DNA of 63,986 bases, counting the filler, from Welwitschia mirabilis (taxonomy: Eukaryota), in assembly GCA_051453625.1 (NCBI GenBank). It is 5 parts of one record of this genome, joined end to end, with 100 filler letters (N's around TTAATTAATTAA, not from the genome) between each part and the next. Parts side by side here need not be neighbours in the genome. Positions count along the whole stretch, not along the records: positions 31,247 to 58,742 come from JBOZIK010000001.1; positions 58,843 to 62,710 come from JBOZIK010000001.1; positions 62,811 to 63,986 come from JBOZIK010000001.1; 2 more parts are not named here. The stretch is one strand, 5' to 3'. Every line of letters starts with the position of its first letter. Position 1 is the stretch's first letter. This document shows positions 55,881 through 63,986 of this stretch, one piece after another. Position numbers and translations under genes: made by a program. The notes beneath the pieces are model-generated. The model was not told the origin of the DNA and made no database searches. It worked only from the letters and a program-made list of their open reading frames with translations.

Positions 55881-58842
55881 CTGAAAATTCCGAGGAGAAT
55901 TTCAGAAAGACAAAGCAAACGCTAATTCTGACACGCTGTCAGGACACCATGAATGTCTCGGTATAAGCCGAAGCCAGCGTGGACGGAGACCAGTGAAAAC
56001 GATAAATTTACCAGCAATAAAACCAGGAAATATTGAACAATCCTAAAACTGGGCATCCGGTCCACCTTGTAACTGCAAATGGTAGATTTATAAGAGCAAA
56101 AAATAGTCGGGCTCTTACCGATTTTTTGTCTGGAAGGGAAAGTACGCGCCTCTTCCGGGTTTCGTCGTTTACTTGACTGGATAAATTTGAACGCCGGTTT
56201 TGCTGCGACGGGACAAAACATAGCAGAAAACAAAGCTGATCTGACAACTGAATAAATCCTGCAAAACAAAAACATGAGTAGAATCGAATGTTTGTTTGGA
56301 TTATTGTTCCGGTCTGTTTCTGTTCCAACGTTCATCATTTTCTTGTAATTGGGTGTGTTTCTTTGCTTCCAATTTACTGTCCATTCTTCCATTTTTTTAG
56401 GATTTTTTGGTGGGTCTCCCTTAAAATTGTTGTTGTTGATATTAGCGTTGAAGAGTGGAAATCTGGAGGTGGGTCATCTTTTGCCAGATCGTGGAAGCAA
56501 CACTTTGTATCCTCAAACTGAATTTTAAACCAATTTTCTGGCATTTGTTATTCTATTATTTCCTTTTCTTCGTTGTTGTGGGTGGCATCTTACTTGTGAT
56601 CATGCTTTCACATATTTTGCAAGCTCATATGTCATTGGGTGACATGCAACCCATAAAACAATGAGATTAGAGGTATCTTAATGATATGTTGACACCTTTT
56701 ATGATCATTAGTAATATGTCTTGGAGCATTCGAGAAATTATTAAATAAGCTAGACAACAAAGCAATAGCATTCTTCTTCCAAAGAAAACAGTGAAATCAT
56801 AGGTGAAAGCCTAAAAAGGCTCATCTCTTAAAAAGGGAGATAATAAATGTAAAAAAACTAAAGGCTAGGAAGTTTAAAATACAACTGAAGAGTTTCATTA
56901 CGCACTTTATTGGTACTAATAAATGCACCATGGGAATGCCCATGTGCATAGTTTTTTTATGGAGTCAACAATTGTGATTTAGCTTTATATTAGTTGAGAT
57001 CTATTTGTACTGGTATGTGGATCCGTAATTTGGGGGATTATTTAATGCAATCCATGGCAAATACCACTGTATAAATTCATTCAAGTTTAGTGGAATAAGT
57101 GAGCTAGTTTTAATTGGAAATTTTGTAAAGCTTCATCTTTTACCTGTTCTGCTTCCAACCCCAACATACATGCCTATAGGGTAGCAGAGGATCATCAACC
57201 TAGTACACCAAAAATCAAAGTGAGTAATTAATGTTTAGATGAGCTTGCTCAGCTTGCACTTTAATTTGAAAGATGATTTGATAAACAATATAAGCTTTTT
57301 CAACATAAGAAAAATCATAGTGAGCATCTTCCTTATGAAAAGTAATTACATAATAGTGTTTTCATATTTGATATAGTGTAAGAGGACAAATGCACTTTGA
57401 TATAAAGGGCAAGGAGGATGCAAATAAGGCTTATCACCAAAGAAAATGTCTTTGCAATCTAGCTTGAAACTTTGTATAGCTTGGGATACCTATGATCAAA
57501 AGGAAGTTGCATTATGACATTCATAAAAATGGTGATAGGAACTCTCAACCAAATCATAACAAGAGTGGACTATTCAAAAAAGCCTAGATGAAGTAGACGA
57601 GATCAACCTAGATGAAGTAAACTAGAGAAAATGTTTTATTTTTGAAAGAGTAGGAAATTTCTAGATGAAATTAAATCAAGATTTCTAATCTTGCTCTGAC
57701 TCATTTACATTCCATTGATGATTACATATAAGAGCAAGAAGATGAGTAGAATTAAGGAACTTACATACTTTATTAACTTTGAAAGGCAATAAATTATATT
57801 ATGGAGGGAAATCCCACAAAAAAAATTCATTATTAATTAACTAAAAATGGTGCTTAAAGAAATCCTTTAACTTTAAAAAAGAAAGATGGATTATTATAGA
57901 TGATTTATACAAAATTTAAAAATTCGTTCATTGAAGCCACTACCCTTGAAAAGAGATACAACTTAGTGAAACAATGCCTTTATAAAACCACCAAGATTCT
58001 TACTTAAAGAACCATTAGGGAAATGAAGCCATCATGGATTCAGTTTTTGAAGCATTGATGGAAGAAAAATAGTGTATGCTAATTAATGTATTAATGGATG
58101 GACTTCCAAGTTTTCTAAATGATTTGAAAAACATAAGTACTATCGATGTTGATTTTATGAGGGTAGATTATTCAATTCATAGGATGGGTACCTTTTTAAA
58201 TAGACTGATGTTTAGAAAAAGATGTAGCTAATCTATTTAAATGTAATGTAGTAACCATACTAAATTCACTAACACCATGCAAAATCTATTTGCTAAATGA
58301 AATTGAGATTACTTAAAATAATCTATAGAACCCAGGAAACTCTCTCTCTTTTTTTCCCCCCTAAAGGAAGATAACACATTTTCTAGGCCACTCTAGCAAA
58401 ACAGTTTCTAGTATTAAAAAGAAGCCTAATAAGATGAATAAAAAGTATGAGTAGAGGCAAAAATGAATTTACATATATACATTTTCTGGTGGTTGAGAAC
58501 CTTTAGGTTTTGATTTATTTATCTTGTTTCAAATCTTTTCTAAATTCTAATTCTAAAGGTTTCCATTTTTAGGTTATCTAGAAAATGAAAAGAAAATTTC
58601 CAAAACAATAAAATATCTATTGATATCTATTAAGAAATGAGTCAAACACAAAAGAGAAAATCTGTTGAGAACCCATTGTCATTTATTAATTTAACGATTT
58701 CCTATAAGTTAGTCTTTTGTGTAGGTATTTTCAAGAACCGGGNNNNNNNNNNNNNNNNNNNNNNNNNNNNNNNNNNNNNNNNNNNNTTAATTAATTAANN
58801 NNNNNNNNNNNNNNNNNNNNNNNNNNNNNNNNNNNNNNNNNN

Positions 58843-60330
58843 AATAAATGTGTAACTCTATTCTACTGAAATAAATTACAACGCATAGAAATTGAAATAA
58901 CAATGAAAAACTAATCTATAAAAAGAAATAGCAATGAATCTAATCTAATTAAGCTCAGACTTAACGAAGGCTGCCCTCATATTCTATATAATTAAAAAAA
59001 CCTATCATAAATCTAAAACAACATAAACTATGAGGGATAAGTTCCTGCAATTATTGACAAAAAAGGATAATTCTTATTAAAATAGAAAAGGCATCTGTAT
59101 CACAAAGTAGTCATTCCTCAATGAAGGATACATCATCCAACACCAAGGTAATGTCTCTCTGGATTATAAGATGGTTCTCTAGTCTCAAGATCTTCTATCA
59201 CAAGAATGTCAGGTACTGTCAAAGATGATCAGGGATCAGGGGGAAGAACTTTATTTATAGACATAAAGGAAAAGTAAACTAACAGAAAGGTAAAGTATAA
59301 AATCTAGCTAACATGCAAGGGAAAGTCACAAATAATAGGCGATAACTTGGGAATACATTCTATAAAAGTAAGAGGAAACAATGTCATCCTTATTATCATC
59401 CAGACAATGTATGAGAGGACAAGGATTGATAAATAGTTATCTGTTTAGCTTTCAGTTTAACTGCCTATGATCTGCATGTGAAGTCCTATCAACTGGTTCT
59501 GGAGATGTCCACTACTATCATCTAGATGATGAGGTGGATGATAAAGTCTAATAATAAGATATTTAGTTTGACTACAAGTTATCTTGGAAGAGGTTTATTT
59601 GTCACTTAATTAAGGTTATCGNNNNNNNNNNNNNNNNNNNNNNNNNNNNNNNNNNNNNNNNNNNNNNNNNNNNNNNNNNNNNNNNNNNNNNNNNNNNNNN
59701 NNNNNNNNNNNNNNNNNNNNNNNNNNNNNNNNNNNNNNNNNNNNNNNNNNNNNNNNNNNNNNNNNNNNNNNNNNNNNNNNNNNNNNNNNNNNNNNNNNNN
59801 NNNNNNNNNNNNNNNNNNNNNNNNNNNNNNNNNNNNNNNNNNNNNNNNNNNNNNNNNNNNNNNNNNNNNNNNNNNNNNNNNNNNNNNNNNNNNNNNNNNN
59901 NNNNNNNNNNNNNNNNNNNNNNNNNNNTAAACTGGTTCTGGAGATGTACACTACTATCATCTAGATGATGAGTTGGATGATAAAGTCTAATAATAATATA
60001 TTTAGTTTGACTACAAGTTATCTTGGAAGAGGTTTATTTGTCACTTAATTAAGGTTATCGTCCTGACTGTCATAGAGATGATGGAGGGAACGACATCATT
60101 TCCTTCATCCTTTATCATTCTGATATCTTATTATTTGCAAGAATATTTATCTGAAAATATAATTTATCTATATCTACATGAAATTCTTGTGATTTATTTG
60201 ATAAACTGCATGTTTTCATCTTGTGCTCCTAGATTCTTGATTGTCATAGGAACTAAACATTTATTTGTAAGTTTATCTGTAAAACAACTCAAAATACCCT
60301 ATTAAATACATCTAAGTTGGCATCACAATA
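58843..60330 (-). mobile_element. Athila-like LTR of a second subfamily nested in the 60331-60764 LTR
   Basis: Starts TATTGTGATGCC at 60330 on the minus strand. Related to, but diverged from, 12570-12900. Truncated at a scaffold join. Confidence 0.6.
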
Positions 60331-62710
60331 GAGATGATGTCTTAGGTTGCATGACCATGTGCTACTATCATCTCCATGGGTTGTACTCACATCCGTTATC
60401 TTACATGTCATCTAGACGAACTAGGGAACGATACCCTATCATCATGTACTACTATCCAAGTGTTGTCCGTGTGCTATTCCTATGTAGCTATCATAATGAG
60501 CTGTTGTCCCTTCTATCTTGAGGACGACACTCTTCCTAAGCTCCTCAAGTAGCATAAATTAGTCTTATTTACCTTTAGTCCTCTTTTAATATGATAAGTA
60601 TCAGAACATGCTTGAAATGCTTCTAATTATACTAAGAATTACATGTTTTCATAATTATTTTATTGTCTCTCCATAATCAATAGAATTGCATCTGAACCTG
60701 TATAAATGTCATACAAAAATACTCCAAATATACCATCAAATTCTTACAAATTGGCATTACAACATAGCCCTATACTCAGCCTTGTTAGTCCCTAACAAAG
60801 TAAGTGATTAACTAGATTGCAAGCCAATTTGACTAAGATAATCATTAACTAAAGAAATGGAATTTATGTTCTATCTATCATGCAAGAATAGATAATAATA
60901 ATTCATTAATACAATTGTTGCTGTAGTTAAAATCCTCCTACTTAAACTTATCACAATAGTCCAAATAAATGGCATACATATAACAAGTTAGAGTAATAGT
61001 TCCAAAAAATGATAACATATAGACATAATGCTAAAATTGATATGTCAGCTTAAGTATTAATAATCTCAAAAAATAATGCATTAAAAGCTCATNNNNNNNN
61101 NNNNNNNNNNNNNNNNNNNNNNNNNNNNNNNNNNNNNNNNNNNNNNNNNNNNNNNNNNNNNNNNNNNNNNNNNNNNNNNNNNNNNNNNNNNNNNNNNNNN
61201 NNNNNNNNNNNNNNNNNNNNNNNNNNNNNNNNNNNNNNNNNNNNNNNNNNNNNNNNNNNNNNNNNNNNNNNNNNNNNNNNNNNNNNNNNNNNNNNNNNNN
61301 NNNNNNNNNNNNNNNNNNNNNNNNNNNNNNNNNNNNNNNNNNNNNNNNNNNNNNNNNNNNNNNNNNNNNNNNNNNNNNNNNNNNNNNNNNNNNNNNNNNN
61401 NNNNNNNNNNNNNNNNNNNNNNNNNNNNNNNNNNNNNNNNNNNNNNNNNNNNNNNNNNNNNNNNNNNNNNNNNNNNNNNNNNNNNNNNNNNNNNNNNNNN
61501 NNNNNNNNNNNNNNNNNNNNNNNNNNNNNNNNNNNNNNNNNNNNNNNNNNNNNNNNNNNNNNNNNNNNNNNNNNNNNNNNNNNNNNNNNNNNNNNNNNNN
61601 NNNNNNNNNNNNNNNNNNNNNNNNNNNNNNNNNNNNNNNNNNNNNNNNNNNNNNNCAATGTGGTCTAGAATCCATAAGTGTGAGAAAATCTATAAGTGAA
61701 TGAATGCAAAACCACAAAACCACATAATAAAAACATTAGCATAAAAAGATTACATTAATCAAGGTGAAAGAAATATATCAATTGATAGTGTGAAAAATAA
61801 AAACAACCCTTATAAAGAAAACCTATAAGTAAAAATAAAAGACAACTAGAGAGCTATCAAATGATCAGGTCCTAATTATAATGTGGAAAAAGATACTATA
61901 ATGAATTTAAAAATCCCAAATAAAATAACTAAGGAAAAACATAATGAAAATGGACAACTAGGAACATGAAGAAGATTTTCTTACCTATCCAAAATTCATC
62001 CCTAGCAAACTCCCTTGGAAGAAATCATAAAATCACCTAATAAGAATGCATGATATAATGTAAAAATTCATAAAGTTTCACTCTAATGGGCATTGGTTAT
62101 GATGATGTCAAGTATGTCTAATGTTATTATACAATAAATGATAAAATAAAAAGCTATTAAAACAGGAACTTACAAGCTATCATCTTAAAATAATAATAGA
62201 ATCCAAAAAAGAAAAGTGATTATGTGGAAGTAATATAAATAAATAAAAATGAGTCTAAAAAATAAGCAATGCCTCTGATGACACCAGGGGCAACACTAAT
62301 CTCGTAGCCTCTAACTGCAATTTTATTCTTACCATGATGAGGGGAGTACAACCACTATCAGAGGAGTAAGAAACCGCATAGCATGGCTAACTGACCCCTC
62401 AATGGAGTTCCCACAGCTACCATATCACATTGCCAAAGGCCCCTCTCAGGAATATTTCCTGTAGTGGTTTGTGATAAGACATCATGAGGGCCATATTTTA
62501 AGATATAACATGAAAGGGCATGGCCTGAATTATTTTTTTCTTTCTTTTTTTTCTTTTCTTTTCTTTTTTTTCTTTTTCTTTTAATACATAAATTCCACAT
62601 GACCAAATACTCATAAGAATAAAGTGAAGTGAGGAGATAAATAACAAGGAAGAAGATGTTAAAATAACATATTACTCATACCATTGAAAGAAAATAAAAG
62701 AATTAAGACA
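60331..62710 (-). mobile_element. Athila-like element: 3' internal region, PPT and start of 3' LTR (60331-60764)
   Basis: Minus strand GGCTGAGTATAGGGCTA|TGTTGTAATGCC matches the LTR start at 11982. The internal part is an inverted homologue of 16200-17500. Confidence 0.8.
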
Positions 62711-62810
62711 NNNNNNNNNNNNNNNNNNNNNNNNNNNNNNNNNNNNNNNNNNNNTTAATTAATTAANNNNNNNNNNNNNNNNNNNNNNNNNNNNNNNNNN
62801 NNNNNNNNNN

Positions 62811-63986
62811 TGTGGGGTATAGTTTTTAGCCAAAGTTTTGCCCTACCCTTTAATGTTATGGGAAAAATTATCATATATGTTCTATCTGTTATTTTTTCTT
62901 TCCATTTTTTAAGGTAAGAATAAGTTTTTCAATGTCTCCAATGTGTTGAAGAGGGTTCTTATTATCTTTTCCACTAAAAGTTGTGTAGGCATGTAAATTT
63001 TTAAGCTCGACATCATCTTCTGGGGATAGGTCAAAAGGTGTTTGAATTTCTCTATTCTTGTTGCCTAATAATTCTTTAAGGGTAAGGTTTACATTATGAG
63101 TAGAAGATCCTATGACTTGTTTTTGCTTTCTGGAGGTACTTGACATTGTGAATTGGTTCTCTCCTTTTAAAGGATTTTCGTTCAAAAAATATGATTCCAA
63201 AAAAATAAATTTGAAAGAAGGTTTGAGTTCATCTGGAGATTGCTTTTCCAATTCATTTTTTATATTCATCAGTCCTTCTTTGATGTTCTTTTCTATCAGT
63301 TGCTTTTCTCTTAGATATTTCTTCTCTAAGTTAATCATATCACAGCATCCTGCAAACAGCAAATAATAAAAAATAGATAAAAAATAACAGACTATCATTC
63401 TGTCTATCATGGAGATGACAGAAGGGATGACAAACATAGAAACCAGAAAAACAAAAATAGAATAAAAAATGAAATATAAAAAAAAAAACACAAAAATAGG
63501 AATATCATATACCTGATCATTTAGACATCACAGGAGATGATGAAAACTAATTTATTTCAAAAAAATTACAATTTAAAAAAAAAACTAAAAACAAAACTAG
63601 CAAACTATCGTCCTAACTGTCGTGGGAATGACAGAGGGGATGACCACTCTTTTTTATGGAAAACTAAAACCGAGAAACCGAAACTGAAAAAAAATTGCAC
63701 ATAGAAAACCTATAACTTCTAATAAAATAAAATGCTACATAGATAAATAACCAAACTAAGTTTAGATATCTTCACCCGAATGACAACAATCCTTGTACTC
63801 CTCGATAGCCTTTCCCGATAATGGTGCTAATTTGTTGCTATTTGTATTTGTGCAAGTTTTTATATTCAAATAGATCCTGTCATTTATAATCAAAATAGAT
63901 ATCTTACACAATACAACACACTAGTATGAGTGGGAGTAGACTTGAAATGTTATATCTTGTTAAAGTCTATAAAATGAGACTTAGGT
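62811..63986 (-). mobile_element. Athila-like 5' end: LTR end (63833-63986), PBS, leader and gag N-terminus
   Basis: Minus strand GCAACA + AATTAGCACCATTATCGGGAAAGG (decayed Athila PBS). ORF 62889-63491 contains FSGKDNKNPLQHIGDIEKL, resembling the gag motif FHG...EDP..HL.EF. Confidence 0.75.

Noticed and set aside
55922-56664. ORFs of 69-156 aa upstream of WEB
   Set aside because: No recognisable homology; the region looks like promoter, 5' UTR and intron sequence.
57300-58250. Possible decayed coding or transposon sequence (also 38850-39750 and 49130-49620)
   Set aside because: No motif could be recognised confidently by eye; left unassigned.
59491-60060. Direct repeat of about 130 bp on both sides of a gap (similar case at 17090-17365)
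   Set aside because: Near-identical sequence abutting an N run; most likely an unmerged contig or haplotype overlap.

Overview
AT-rich land-plant nuclear DNA from a draft scaffold, with N gaps and four artificial 100-bp joins (44 N + TTAATTAATTAA + 44 N). Two host genes lie on the minus strand in CpG-retaining islands. One is an intronless TIM23 (46669-47241). The other is a two-exon WEB/DUF827 coiled-coil gene resembling At5g55860 (52846-54897), broken by one frameshift. The rest is heavily C-to-T-decayed transposon DNA: nested Athila-like, SIRE-like and Tekay-like LTR elements, a solo LTR, a complete 1.6-kb non-autonomous LTR element, an L1 LINE, tRNA-derived SINEs and a probable CACTA transposase relic. 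The most striking region is 1-11450. It ends in a canonical CACTA terminal repeat with subterminal repeats and is a mosaic of intron-containing fragments of unrelated host genes: XBAT31-like ankyrin, At3g27220-like kelch, omega-3 desaturase, CRK-like kinase, homocysteine S-methyltransferase, and possibly S1 and RING domains. These sit in two diverged tandem units whose internal cassettes were replaced while shared flanks were kept, which makes it a candidate Pack-CACTA gene-capturing element. All homology calls come from manual translation and recalled sequences, not from database searches.
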